From NCBI GenBank assembly GCA_963664325.2, contig CAXXDQ010000004.1:768001-832000 (forward strand): a stretch of 64,000 bases of DNA, read 5' to 3'. Every line of letters starts with the position of its first letter. The first letter of the stretch is position 1. Made by a program: the position numbers and the translations under genes. Source of the DNA: Desulfomonilia bacterium (GTDB taxonomy: Bacteria; Desulfobacterota; Desulfomonilia; UBA1062). Below the pieces are notes generated by a model that ran no database searches, was not told the origin of the DNA, and saw only the letters and a list, made by a program, of their open reading frames with translations. Shown here piece after piece: positions 19,993-29,962 of the stretch.

Positions 19993-20916
19993 ATGATTTA
20001 CAGCGACATAACAAAGACGGTAGGGAACACGCCCCTTGTACGTATCAACAGGATGGCGAAAGGTCTTGGCGCGAAGATCCTTGTGAAGGTGGAGTCATTC
20101 AACCCTCTTTCCAGTGTCAAGGACAGACTTGCCGTCGCCATGATTGACGATGCCGAGAAAAAAGGGCTCATCAAGCAGGGGACCGTAATCATCGAACCCA
20201 CGAGCGGCAATACAGGCATAGGGCTCGCTTTCGTATGTGCGGCCCGGGGCTACAGGCTGATACTCACCATGCCGGAAACCATGAGTATGGAGCGGAGGCA
20301 GCTGGTGGCTATACTGGGGGCCGAAATCGTGCTGACTGAAGGGGCCAAGGGGATGCCGGGCGCGGTGCAGAAGGCGGAAGAACTCTTGGCGGAAATCCCG
20401 GACAGCTTCATACCCCAGCAGTTCAAGAATCCGGCAAATCCTGAAATTCACAGGAAGACGACTGCCGTCGAGATAATATCCGACACAAAAGGCAAGGTTG
20501 ACTATTTTGTTGCGGGCATCGGAACCGGCGGAACCATTACCGGGGTGGGCGAAGTCCTTAAAGGTAAGCAGCCCCTTGTTAAAATAATCGGGGTCGAGCC
20601 CAAGGATTCGCCTGTTCTTTCAGGCGGCAAGCCCGGCCCTCATAAAATTCAGGGGATCGGCGCAGGTTTTGTGCCTGATGTGCTCAATATGGGCATAATC
20701 GATGAAATCATTACCGCCTCCCATGAGGATGCCGGAAAAACAGCAAGGGAACTTGCAAAAGAAGAGGGCATACTTGCAGGAATCTCAGGCGGCGCAGCGT
20801 TGTGGGCCGGCCTTCAGATTGCCGCAAGACCCGAGGCAAAAGGGAAAACCATTGTCGTCCTGCTGCCTGATACGGGCGAGCGCTATCTTTCGACCTGGCT
20901 GTTCCAGAATACGTGA
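19993..20916 (+). CDS. cysK: Cysteine synthase A
   Basis: [41 protein letters not shown]. Confidence 0.96.
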   Translation: MIYSDITKTVGNTPLVRINRMAKGLGAKILVKVESFNPLSSVKDRLAVAMIDDAEKKGLIKQGTVIIEPTSGNTGIGLAFVCAARGYRLILTMPETMSMERRQLVAILGAEIVLTEGAKGMPGAVQKAEELLAEIPDSFIPQQFKNPANPEIHRKTTAVEIISDTKGKVDYFVAGIGTGGTITGVGEVLKGKQPLVKIIGVEPKDSPVLSGGKPGPHKIQGIGAGFVPDVLNMGIIDEIITASHEDAGKTARELAKEEGILAGISGGAALWAGLQIAARPEAKGKTIVVLLPDTGERYLSTWLFQNT

Positions 20917-20953
20917 TGTTTAAACAGTACGTGAATATTTATCATAGGAGTCG

Positions 20954-21763
20954 GTGATGCCTGGATATGAGGTGATGGATGTATGGGAATCGGTTCAAAG
21001 CATAAGAAAAGCCTCGCCGGTTGTTCATAACATAACCAACTATGTTGTTATGAACAGCACGGCCAATGCGCTTCTTGCCATCGGGGCTTCGCCTGTAATG
21101 GCGCATGCAGTGGAAGAAATGGAAGAAATGGTCAATATCGCATCTGCCCTGGTTGTCAACATAGGCACGCTGAGCAGGGATTGGATAAAGGCCATGTTCA
21201 AGGCAGCGGAAAGGGCGAATGCCCGCGGCATTCCGGTTATCCTGGATCCTGTCGGTGCCGGGGCCACCGGTTTCAGGACAGAAACGGCCCGGGAATTTAT
21301 CAGGACCTTCAGGCCCTGTCTTATAAGGGGCAATGCCTCCGAGATCATGTCGGTTTTCGAGAACACCGGCAAAACAAAAGGTGTGGACAGCACGGAAGCC
21401 TCTCATGATGCCGTTTCAGCGGGTAGGGGGATCAATGAGACCTATGGCTCGGTTGTTTGCATAAGCGGGGAAACGGATTACATAATCGGTACCGGGCGTA
21501 TAATAAAAGTCAGAAACGGCCATCCGATGATGACAAGAGTGACCGGCCTCGGCTGTACGGCAACGGCTCTTTGCGGGGCTTTTGCCGCGGTAAATGAAGA
21601 TCGCACACAGGCTGCCGCGCATGCCATGGCGGTGATGGGCATTGCAGGCGAAATGGCGGCAGAGCGTGCATCAGGACCGGGAACATTGCAGGTCGGGTTA
21701 TATGATGCCCTCTATAATCTGTCTATTGACGGTATAAGTCAGCGCCTGAAAATTGAATACTGA
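20954..21763 (+). CDS. thiM: Hydroxyethylthiazole kinase
   Basis: HNITNYV, GASPVMA, NIGTL, LDPVG, RGNASEI, VTGLGC. Confidence 0.95.
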   Translation: MMPGYEVMDVWESVQSIRKASPVVHNITNYVVMNSTANALLAIGASPVMAHAVEEMEEMVNIASALVVNIGTLSRDWIKAMFKAAERANARGIPVILDPVGAGATGFRTETAREFIRTFRPCLIRGNASEIMSVFENTGKTKGVDSTEASHDAVSAGRGINETYGSVVCISGETDYIIGTGRIIKVRNGHPMMTRVTGLGCTATALCGAFAAVNEDRTQAAAHAMAVMGIAGEMAAERASGPGTLQVGLYDALYNLSIDGISQRLKIEY

Positions 21764-22385
21764 CATGCAGGGATTATATCTTGTTACAGACCGTGGATTA
21801 TGCGGTGACAGGCCCCTCGAAGAGGTCGTATTTTCGGCCGTAAGGGGCGGGGTTTCCTGTGTACAGGTCAGAGAAAAGGATATGCCCTTGGACCTGTTTA
21901 CGGAACAGGCAAAAAGGATAAAGAAGCTTATAAAACCTTTCAACGTCCCTCTGATCATAAATGACAGTGTGGAGGTGGCCCTGGCCTCAGGCGCCGATGG
22001 CGTGCACATAGGGCAGTCAGATATGCCCTTTGCTGAAGTCAGGAAGCTCCTCGGAAAAAAGGCCGTTGTAGGCCTTTCCGTTGAGACATGGGAGGATGTG
22101 GAAAATGCCCAGGGTCTCGATGCAGACTATCTCGGGGTGAGCCCTGTCTTTGATACGCCCACCAAAACGGATACGAAAGGCGCCTGGGGACTTGCCGGGC
22201 TCTCCCGGATCAAGGCATATTCAAGGCATAAGCTTGTGGCAATAGGAGGGATAAATATTAGAAATGCCGCTGATGTGATCAGGGCGGGCGCCGATTCCAT
22301 TGCGGTCGTCTCGGCCATCTGCGCGGCTCCTGACCCTTATGAAGCGGCCTGCGAACTCAGCAGCCTTATAAGGAGTATAAGATGA
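21753..22385 (+). CDS. thiE: Thiamine-phosphate synthase
   Basis: LYLVTD, QVREK, LIIND, GVHIGQSD, TPTK, VAIGGI. Confidence 0.95.
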   Translation: MNTDMQGLYLVTDRGLCGDRPLEEVVFSAVRGGVSCVQVREKDMPLDLFTEQAKRIKKLIKPFNVPLIINDSVEVALASGADGVHIGQSDMPFAEVRKLLGKKAVVGLSVETWEDVENAQGLDADYLGVSPVFDTPTKTDTKGAWGLAGLSRIKAYSRHKLVAIGGINIRNAADVIRAGADSIAVVSAICAAPDPYEAACELSSLIRSIR

Positions 22386-22491
22386 CATCAAAATGTAAAG
22401 GCTGTACGGTAAAATGGTGCATTCCGGGAATGACCTTGTTTTAACGGGAATTGGCCCTACTATAAAAGTTATAAAGAAAAGGGAGGATCAA

Positions 22492-22881
22492 ATGAAAAAA
22501 ACGGTTCTGGCAATAATGATGATAATGCTGGCGGCTTCTGCCGCTTATGCAAAGGGTTACGAAGCGAGCAAACAGGCAGGTCCTTTCAAACTGAATATAA
22601 CACTGGAGAAGAATCCTCCGGCCACCGGGGATAACAACATCAGCATCATTGTATGGGACGGCGCGGGTAAGCCCCTAAAGGATGCAAAGGTGAATGTAGA
22701 TTATGGAATGCCCGCCATGCCCGGCATGCCGGCCATGAATTACAAAACGGCCCTTGCCGGAAAGGACGGTAAGTTCTCTGGCAAGCTCAATTTTTCAATG
22801 CCCGGGGCTTGGTCTGTTGAAGTGATGGTTGAATCCGCCGGCAAGAAAGGGAAAACCAAGCTTAACATAGATGTAAGATAA
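22492..22881 (+). CDS. FixH/YtkA-like exported Met-rich protein
   Basis: GGGAGG RBS; signal peptide (AYA); MPAMPGMPAM and FSMPGAW motifs; first gene of the efflux operon. Confidence 0.75.
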   Translation: MKKTVLAIMMIMLAASAAYAKGYEASKQAGPFKLNITLEKNPPATGDNNISIIVWDGAGKPLKDAKVNVDYGMPAMPGMPAMNYKTALAGKDGKFSGKLNFSMPGAWSVEVMVESAGKKGKTKLNIDVR

Positions 22882-22893
22882 GAGGGCCGTAAC

Positions 22894-24156
22894 ATGCGCA
22901 AGGCCGCCTTTATGACGCTGCTGGCCTTTTTGTCTGTTCTTGTAGCCCTGCCCCTTCAAGCCCGGGACGCCCGGCTTGAAGGGCTTATAGCAGATGCCCT
23001 TAAAAACAATCCGCAATTGATTGCAGCAACACAGAAATCGGATGCAGCCTTTAAAATAGTGGCAGTGAAAGAGTCTCTTCCTGATCCGATGCTTATGTTC
23101 GGGTATCAGAATGCGGGTTTTAACAAGATAACCTACGGCGAAATGAACGATTCCCAATTAATGTTTACGGCTTCTCAGATGTTCCTTTATCCGGGCAAGC
23201 GCAGGCTTGCCGGCGAGGCGGCCGATTATGAGGCCAGGGTGCTCAAGTCTTCCGCCGATTCCCTTGGAAGAAAGACGGAGCTTGCCGTGACCGAGCAGTA
23301 TTACGATATCATGTATGCATGCCGTGAGCAGTACGTCCTTTCATTGAAAAATGAGATCAACGTCAAACTGGAGCAGGCCACCCTTTCAATGTACGCCTCA
23401 AACATGGCATCTCAGGAAGATGTTATAATGGCCCAATCGGAAAAGTATATGATCCTCGAACGCCAGGAAATGGCGAAGCAGAAGGTGGAAGCGCTTAACG
23501 CAATGCTTAGCAGCGAGACGGGCACACAGACAAATCTCTCATTTGATATGAATGCCGAATATCAGGCCACACCTTTTCCCTATAGTCTCGATGATCTGAT
23601 AAAGAGGGCGGAAGAGGCCTCGCCCGATATCATGATGCAGAAAAACATGATCGAGGCGCAGACCCGGACACTTCAAATTGCGGAAAAAGATGCCTTGCCC
23701 GATGTCACACTGAACGCCTCATACATGAACAAGGGAGGAGGATTCGACGACATGTGGAGCCTTACAGCGAGCCTGCCCATCCCGGTCTTCTATGCAAACA
23801 AGCAGAAGAACCAGATTGAGGGCGCCGGTCTCGTCAGGGCTGCCGCTGAAAGGGAAATGGAAGGAGCAAGGCTGATGGCGGTTTCACTCATAAGGGATAA
23901 CTATTCCATGATAAGAACAGCGGACAGGCTTATGGAGATTTACAAAAAGGCCCTCATTCCAAAAACAAAGCAGGATATCGATTCTGTTCTGGCAAGGTTT
24001 GCATCCGGAAAATCGAACTCCATGCAGATGATTTCCAGGCTCAAGCAGCCGCTTGAGTTTGAACTTTCTTATTACCAGCAGTTCGCTAACCGGGAAAAGG
24101 CGATAGCCAGGATAAATTCAGTTACAGGCATACTCGATGCCGAAGGTGCAAGATGA
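22894..24156 (+). CDS. TolC-family outer-membrane efflux protein (CusC-like)
   Basis: Signal peptide; ALKNNPQL, LPDPML, PGKRRL; upstream of the membrane fusion protein gene. Confidence 0.85.
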   Translation: MRKAAFMTLLAFLSVLVALPLQARDARLEGLIADALKNNPQLIAATQKSDAAFKIVAVKESLPDPMLMFGYQNAGFNKITYGEMNDSQLMFTASQMFLYPGKRRLAGEAADYEARVLKSSADSLGRKTELAVTEQYYDIMYACREQYVLSLKNEINVKLEQATLSMYASNMASQEDVIMAQSEKYMILERQEMAKQKVEALNAMLSSETGTQTNLSFDMNAEYQATPFPYSLDDLIKRAEEASPDIMMQKNMIEAQTRTLQIAEKDALPDVTLNASYMNKGGGFDDMWSLTASLPIPVFYANKQKNQIEGAGLVRAAAEREMEGARLMAVSLIRDNYSMIRTADRLMEIYKKALIPKTKQDIDSVLARFASGKSNSMQMISRLKQPLEFELSYYQQFANREKAIARINSVTGILDAEGAR

Positions 24157-25310
24157 ATAGAAATAGGATTGCCGCTATTGTCGTTTCTGTCCTGGTTATC
24201 ATTGTTGCTTCCGGTTTGTCCTTTTATTTTTTTGGCAGAAACAGGACGCAAACACAGGCACAGATGCCACAAACGGCCGCAGCACCGCTGAGAGAAAATG
24301 CCCCGTCAGTCGATGTCTCAGATGATGCGCAAAGGATGATCGGCGTCAGGACAGTACCGGTCACATATGCAGACATGCGTTCGGAATTAAGGTTTGCAGG
24401 CCGAGTTGAATATGACGAGCAGCGCATATCCACCATTAATGCAAAACTTGAAGGATGGATCGAAAGGCTTTACGTGGATTACGAGGGCAGGCCTGTGAAC
24501 AAGGGGGAGCCCCTCATTGATATATACAGCCCGGAGCTTTTAAGCGCTCAGAAGGAGCTTTTGAGCCTGAAGGCCTTTGCCTCAAGAAAGGATTCGACGG
24601 AACTCTCAAAGATGGTTGACAAGGATACAGAGAATCTTATTGCCGCATCCAGAAAACGCTTGAGCCTCTGGGATATAAGCGATGAGCAGATCGGAAGAAT
24701 CGAGCAGACAGGCAAACCCGTAAGGGCCCTAACCATAACAAGCCCGGTGTCCGGCATTGTCCTGAAGCGTTATGCTTCAAGGGGCATGCGGGTTATGCCC
24801 GGTGAGCCCCTTTTCGATGTGGCTGACCTGTCAAGGGTATGGGTTGTGGCCGAAGTTCCCGAAGCCGATATGCTGCAGATCAAGGGGGGTATGTCTGTTA
24901 AAATTATTTTTGAAGGCCTCCCGGGAAAATCCTTCAGTTCCAAAGTTGATTATATCTATCCGGTGATGAGCGGTTCCACCAGGACCGTGCGGATAAGGGG
25001 CACGCTGAACAATCCGGGCGGCTTATTAAAACCGCAGATGTATGCAACGATGACTTCCTCGGCAAGCCTTGGCAGGAGGCTGGCCGTGCCTGTTGACGCC
25101 GTAATCGATACCGGCCTGAGGCAGGTGGTCTATGTCGACAGGGGTGACGGGACATTCGAGCCCAGGGAGGTAAAGGCGGGAATCTCGGCAGGAGGCCTGA
25201 GGGAAATACTCTCAGGCGTCAAAGCCGGTGAAAAGGTTGCGGCAACAGCTACATTCCTCATCGATTCCGAGGCCCAGCTAAAGGGGGTCACCCTTCATGA
25301 CCGGAAGTAG
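24153..25310 (+). CDS. cusB: Heavy-metal RND membrane fusion protein (CusB-like)
   Basis: GWIERLY, IYSPEL..AQ.E, ADLSRVWV, LKPQMY, FLIDSE. Confidence 0.88.
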   Translation: MNRNRIAAIVVSVLVIIVASGLSFYFFGRNRTQTQAQMPQTAAAPLRENAPSVDVSDDAQRMIGVRTVPVTYADMRSELRFAGRVEYDEQRISTINAKLEGWIERLYVDYEGRPVNKGEPLIDIYSPELLSAQKELLSLKAFASRKDSTELSKMVDKDTENLIAASRKRLSLWDISDEQIGRIEQTGKPVRALTITSPVSGIVLKRYASRGMRVMPGEPLFDVADLSRVWVVAEVPEADMLQIKGGMSVKIIFEGLPGKSFSSKVDYIYPVMSGSTRTVRIRGTLNNPGGLLKPQMYATMTSSASLGRRLAVPVDAVIDTGLRQVVYVDRGDGTFEPREVKAGISAGGLREILSGVKAGEKVAATATFLIDSEAQLKGVTLHDRK

Positions 25311-25326
25311 CCTGAAGCAGCGGCCG

Positions 25327-26214
25327 TTATGTTCTTTTCAGAGCGTTTCCTGTCTGTATAATGAATTCCTTGTCTGTCCCGCAGCAGCCGCCGATGAAAT
25401 TGGCGCCTGCCTCGACGAGAAGAGGGACATGGCGGGCGAAATCCTGTGCAGACGTGCTGTACACGGTCTGCCCGTCAACAATTTCGGGTGAGCCTGCATT
25501 GGGTTTCATCCAGAGAGGAAGGTCGGTGACCGAGCGCATGCGTTTGCAGATCGGAATAAAACCCTCGATACCCTGCCCGCAGTTTGCACCTATGCCGTCA
25601 ATCCCGACCCCGGTTAAGACTTCAACCGCCTGCTCGGGCGTGTTCCCTATCATGGTGCGGTCCTTGTTTTTACCCGCATCAAAGACCAGGCAGGCGATAA
25701 CCGGCAGGCCGGTCTTTTTTGCGGCAGCAGCGGCTATCCTGGCCTCATTCAAATCCATCATGGTCTCAACGACAATGGCGTCCGCACCGGCGGCGGAAAT
25801 GGCCTGCGCCTGTTCTTCAAAGGCCCCTTTCAAGTCATCTTCCGTAACATCCTTTGTTATGAGCAGTTTTCCGCTCGGTCCTATCGAGGCAAAGACATAC
25901 GCCTTTCCTCCGGCCGCCTTTTTCGATATCTCGACGCCCCGCTTGTTCAGTTCAACCGCTTGTTCGGCCATGCCGAATTTGCCCAGCACAAAGCGGTTGG
26001 CTCCGAACGTGTTTGTAAGGATTATGCGGCTGCCTGCATCGACGTACTCCCGGGCTATTTCCTCGACTTTATCGGGATCGGTAAGATTCCATGAATCCGG
26101 GGCAGCACCTGCTTTCAGGCCCCGTTTCAGCATCTGCGAACCCCATGACCCGTCTGTCAGAACCGGGCCGTCTTTGATCAGTCTGGCAATTAATTCATTC
26201 ATCAGATCCTCCAA
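25327..26214 (-). CDS. Homocysteine S-methyltransferase family protein (stand-alone Hcy-binding domain)
   Basis: DGSWGS, TNTFGAN, SIGPSG, GANC, PNAG, IGGCCGT (Zn ligands). Confidence 0.9.
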   Translation of the reverse strand: MEDLMNELIARLIKDGPVLTDGSWGSQMLKRGLKAGAAPDSWNLTDPDKVEEIAREYVDAGSRIILTNTFGANRFVLGKFGMAEQAVELNKRGVEISKKAAGGKAYVFASIGPSGKLLITKDVTEDDLKGAFEEQAQAISAAGADAIVVETMMDLNEARIAAAAAKKTGLPVIACLVFDAGKNKDRTMIGNTPEQAVEVLTGVGIDGIGANCGQGIEGFIPICKRMRSVTDLPLWMKPNAGSPEIVDGQTVYSTSAQDFARHVPLLVEAGANFIGGCCGTDKEFIIQTGNALKRT

Positions 26215-26295
26215 TCGGATAAATTATTATGGAAACCATATGAGAATAAAGACGTGTTCACGCATTAAGTCAATCTTTATTAAGGGAGAAAGACG

Positions 26296-29200
26296 GTGAT
26301 TGAAAAGATAATAGGCCTCAGCGCCCGTAACCGTTTCTTCGTTATACTGATAACGGTATTTGCCGTCGTCTGGGGGGTCTGGGCCCTGAAGAGGACGCCG
26401 CTTGACGCAATACCGGACCTGAGCGACACCCAGGTGATTATTTATACAGAATGGCCGGGCCGGAGCCCTGATCTTGTTGAGAACCAGATAACCTATCCGA
26501 TATCGACCACTCTGCTTGCCGCCCCTAAGGTGCAGGCCGTAAGGGGATTCTCATTCCTCGGCAGCTCTTTCATCTATGTCATATTCGATGAAGGTACCGA
26601 CATATACTGGGCACGAAGCCGGATAATCGAATACATTGAGGCCGTTAAGAATAAGATACCCCAGGGGGTGAACCCGGTCCTCGGTCCTGACGCCACAAGC
26701 CTCGGATGGGGTTTTTCCTACGCCATTGTCGATGAAAAGGGCGGCCATGATCTTTCCCAGCTTCGCTCGATCGAGGATTACACCGTAAAACTGGCGCTTG
26801 AAAGCGTGCAGGGTGTTTCCCAGGTTGCGTCCGTCGGGGGGTTCGTCAAACAGTATCAGGTAAATATCGACCCGGTAAAACTCAGGTCCTATAATATCCC
26901 GCTCATGAAGGTTATAGAGGCGGTGAAAAAGAGCAATCTGGATGTTGAAGGCCGTGTGCTTGAGATGTCCGGCACCGAATACATGATACGGGGCCGGGGC
27001 TACATAAAGAACCTCTCGGATATCGAAAATATTGCCGTCTCCAATAACGGCAGGGGAACTCCTGTCATCCTTAAAGATGTCGCTTTAATTGAGTTGGGGC
27101 CGGAAATAAGGCGGGGGCTTGCAGACCTGAACGGCAGAGGCGAGGTCGCAGGCGGAATAGTTATAGTACGCTTCGGGGAGAACGTGCTCAATGTGATTGA
27201 GCGTGTAAAGGAAAAGATAAAAAACGATATAGGTCCATCCCTGCCGAAAGGGGTGAAAATCGTCGTCACCTATGACCGTTCCGATCTTATAAAGCGGAGC
27301 ATCGCAACACTCAGGGATGAGATAATCAAACTTGCCGTTGCCGTCAGCGTTGTCTGCCTTATATTCCTCTTCCACCTGCCAAGCGCCTTTGTCGTAATCC
27401 TCACGCTCCCTGTTGCCATAATCATGTCTTTTGTCTGCATGTACTATCTTGGCATTACATCGAACATCATGAGTCTGAGCGGTATCGCGATAGCCATAGG
27501 CGCAATGGTCGACGCCTCGATAATAATGGTGGAGAACGCCCACAAGAAACTGGAGGAATGGGAGGAAAACCGGTCAGGGACAAGATTTGACGCCATATTG
27601 GAGGCGGCAAAGGAAGTGGGGCCGTCCTTGTTCTTCTCGCTGCTTGTCATAACGGTCGGATTCCTTCCCGTTTTCACCCTCGAGGAACAGGCCGGAAGGC
27701 TTTTCAAGCCGCTTGCATTCACTAAGACCTTTGCCATGCTGTTTTCATCTCTGCTTGCCGTTACCCTTACCCCTGTGCTCATGACCATGCTTATCAGGGG
27801 CAGAGTCAGGCATGAGGACAGAAACCCCATAAGCATGTTCCTCAGGTGGATATACAGGCCTGTCGCGTCTCTGGCGCTTAAACATACCTGGGTTGTGATC
27901 GGGCTTTCAATAATCATTATGGCGGCTACGGTTTACCCGATAAAAAAACTGGGCAGCGAATTCATGCCTCCGCTCAATGAAGGCACGCTTTTCTACATGC
28001 CGGTGACCGTTCCGGCTGCCTCCATCAGCGAGGTTCAGAAACTTCTGAACCTCCAGGACCGGTTAATCATGCAGGTCCCGGAAGTGGAATCGGTATTCGG
28101 CAAGGCGGGCCGGGCGGAAACCGCAACCGACCCTGCGCCGCTTGAGATGTTCGAGACGGTTATCAATCTCAAACCCGAAGATAAATGGAGAAAGGGCGTA
28201 ACGACAGACGACATCAAGGATGAGCTTAATGACAGGCTGAGCATCCCGGGTGTGGCCAATTCCTTCACCATGCCGATAAAGGCCAGGATCGACATGCTGG
28301 CTACAGGCATCAGGACCCCGGTGGGCATAAAGGTAATGGGCCCTGACCTTGGTGTTATTGACAGGATCGGGCTTGAACTTGAAAATGCGGTTAAAAAGGT
28401 TCCCGGTATAAGGAGCGTCTATTCCGAGCGTGTCACGACGGGCTATTATATTGATTTTGAAATAAACAGGGATGCCGCCGCGCGATACGGCCTGAGCGTG
28501 GAGGATGTCCAGTCAGTGGTGGAAGCCGCAATAGGCGGCATGAACATCACCACAACGGTCGAGGGCAGGGAGCGCTATCCGGTTAACGTCCGCTATGCCA
28601 GGGAACTCAGAAACGATATCGGGAAAATGAAAAATATTGAGGTGCCTGTTCAGGCAGACGCTGCGGGAAACGGTATGGGCGGTTCCGGCATGGGGGCTCA
28701 GGCCGTTGGCGCTGCCGCAGGGCAGATCGCATGGATTCCGCTTTCAGAGCTTGCGGATGTAAGGATTGTCCGGGGCCCCACCATGATAAAAAGCGAAAAG
28801 GGTCTGCTCAATTCCTATGTTTATATTGACTTTTCGGGCAAGGACATCGGGGATTTCGTTAACGAGGCCAAGAAGGCTGCTTCAACGGTGAAAATCCCTT
28901 CCGGCTACCGGCTTGAGTGGAGCGGGGAATACGAATATCTCCTGAAGACGCAGGAAAGGCTCATGCTGGTCATCCCGCTTACTCTTTTCATCATATTCGT
29001 CCTTATCTACATGAACACCCGCTCTGTTACGAAAACGGCGATCGTGCTTCTTGCAGTGCCGTTTTCTCTGGTAGGCTCATTCTGGTTTCTTTATATCATG
29101 GGGTACAACCTGAGTATCGCGGTATGGGTGGGCATCATTGCGCTTGCGGGGCTTGATGCGGAGACGGGCGTGGTCATGCTTTTATACCTCAGCCTTGCCT

Positions 29201-29478
29201 ATGAAAAATATAGAACATCCAAACGCATGGAATCGACAGTTGATTTAAAGGCCTCGATAATGGAAGGCGCGGTCAAGCGCATACGCCCTAAAATAATGAC
29301 CGTAAGCGTCATCCTTGCAGGGCTTATCCCGATTATGTTCAGCCACGGGGCAGGCTCGGACATCATGAAGCGTATTGCAGCGCCAATGGTCGGAGGCGTC
29401 ATTACATCGACGCTGCTCGAGCTGCTTATCTATCCCAGTATATTTTTCATCTGGAAGAAAAAGGGGCTCAAAGATTAG
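26296..29478 (+). CDS. cusA: Heavy-metal RND efflux permease (CusA-like)
   Basis: LDAIPDLSDTQV, LGPDAT, GAMVDA, EFMPPLNEG; Met at CusA triad-equivalent motifs (FYMP, LEMFET, RIDML). Confidence 0.95.
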   Translation: MIEKIIGLSARNRFFVILITVFAVVWGVWALKRTPLDAIPDLSDTQVIIYTEWPGRSPDLVENQITYPISTTLLAAPKVQAVRGFSFLGSSFIYVIFDEGTDIYWARSRIIEYIEAVKNKIPQGVNPVLGPDATSLGWGFSYAIVDEKGGHDLSQLRSIEDYTVKLALESVQGVSQVASVGGFVKQYQVNIDPVKLRSYNIPLMKVIEAVKKSNLDVEGRVLEMSGTEYMIRGRGYIKNLSDIENIAVSNNGRGTPVILKDVALIELGPEIRRGLADLNGRGEVAGGIVIVRFGENVLNVIERVKEKIKNDIGPSLPKGVKIVVTYDRSDLIKRSIATLRDEIIKLAVAVSVVCLIFLFHLPSAFVVILTLPVAIIMSFVCMYYLGITSNIMSLSGIAIAIGAMVDASIIMVENAHKKLEEWEENRSGTRFDAILEAAKEVGPSLFFSLLVITVGFLPVFTLEEQAGRLFKPLAFTKTFAMLFSSLLAVTLTPVLMTMLIRGRVRHEDRNPISMFLRWIYRPVASLALKHTWVVIGLSIIIMAATVYPIKKLGSEFMPPLNEGTLFYMPVTVPAASISEVQKLLNLQDRLIMQVPEVESVFGKAGRAETATDPAPLEMFETVINLKPEDKWRKGVTTDDIKDELNDRLSIPGVANSFTMPIKARIDMLATGIRTPVGIKVMGPDLGVIDRIGLELENAVKKVPGIRSVYSERVTTGYYIDFEINRDAAARYGLSVEDVQSVVEAAIGGMNITTTVEGRERYPVNVRYARELRNDIGKMKNIEVPVQADAAGNGMGGSGMGAQAVGAAAGQIAWIPLSELADVRIVRGPTMIKSEKGLLNSYVYIDFSGKDIGDFVNEAKKAASTVKIPSGYRLEWSGEYEYLLKTQERLMLVIPLTLFIIFVLIYMNTRSVTKTAIVLLAVPFSLVGSFWFLYIMGYNLSIAVWVGIIALAGLDAETGVVMLLYLSLAYEKYRTSKRMESTVDLKASIMEGAVKRIRPKIMTVSVILAGLIPIMFSHGAGSDIMKRIAAPMVGGVITSTLLELLIYPSIFFIWKKKGLKD

Positions 29479-29578
29479 GGAACAGAAAAAAACCTGCTTG
29501 AAAAGGTATTTTTTGCCGATAAGAATAAGCGGGTAACAGATTGTTTAAAAGGGTCTGTTTGCCGTAAGGAGGTGGGTA

Positions 29579-29884
29579 ATGTTGATAAAATACGGGATAA
29601 AACTGCTGCTTCTGACGATATGTTGTGCGGTCGTCTTTATTGCGGGTTCGAAGGTTCTTGCATCTTCGTCTTATCAGGACGGTTCTCCGGCCAATGCAAA
29701 AATAATCATGTGTGCGGGCGGTTCGGATGAAGACAAGGAGTCGGTTATCGACGATGAAGACAAGGGAGCCCAGAAGGATATTGACAAGAATGCCGTTATC
29801 GATGACGACGAAGATACACAGAAGGATGTCGATAAGAATGCCGTTATCGATGATGATTCGAAAAACAAGAACAGTTCAGAGTAG
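29579..29884 (+). CDS. Small exported acidic repeat protein
   Basis: GGAGG RBS; signal peptide; VIDD x3 and QKD(I/V)DKNAVIDDD x2. Confidence 0.65.
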   Translation: MLIKYGIKLLLLTICCAVVFIAGSKVLASSSYQDGSPANAKIIMCAGGSDEDKESVIDDEDKGAQKDIDKNAVIDDDEDTQKDVDKNAVIDDDSKNKNSSE

Positions 29885-29907
29885 AGTTTTATTTCCGGCA
29901 GACAAAT

Positions 29908-29941
29908 AAAAAGGCCGCACTTCAGTCAATAAAGTGCGGCC
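29908..29941 (-). terminator. Intrinsic terminator of the acyl-CoA dehydrogenase gene
   Basis: GGCCGCACTT / AAGTGCGGCC stem with a 5-U tract on the minus strand. Confidence 0.7.
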
Positions 29942-29962
29942 CCTGCTTTAGAATAAAACCGG

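Noticed and set aside
20917-20953. TPP riboswitch before thiM
   Set aside because: Gap is under 40 nt and has no CTGAGA motif.
22383-22470. CueR- or CusR-like operator upstream of the efflux operon
   Set aside because: TGACA-N6-TGTAA and ACCTT...GGGAA are only partial matches with wrong spacing.
25361-26299. 312-aa plus-strand ORF bridging cusB and cusA
   Set aside because: Antisense shadow of the motif-rich HMT gene; Ser/Pro/Ala-biased and no recognisable family. Used only as context in the finding.
29496-29522. Sigma28 promoter at GCCGATAA (29515)
   Set aside because: No TAAA-like -35 at 15-bp spacing; a sigma70-like TTGAAA-N17-AAGAAT fits equally well.
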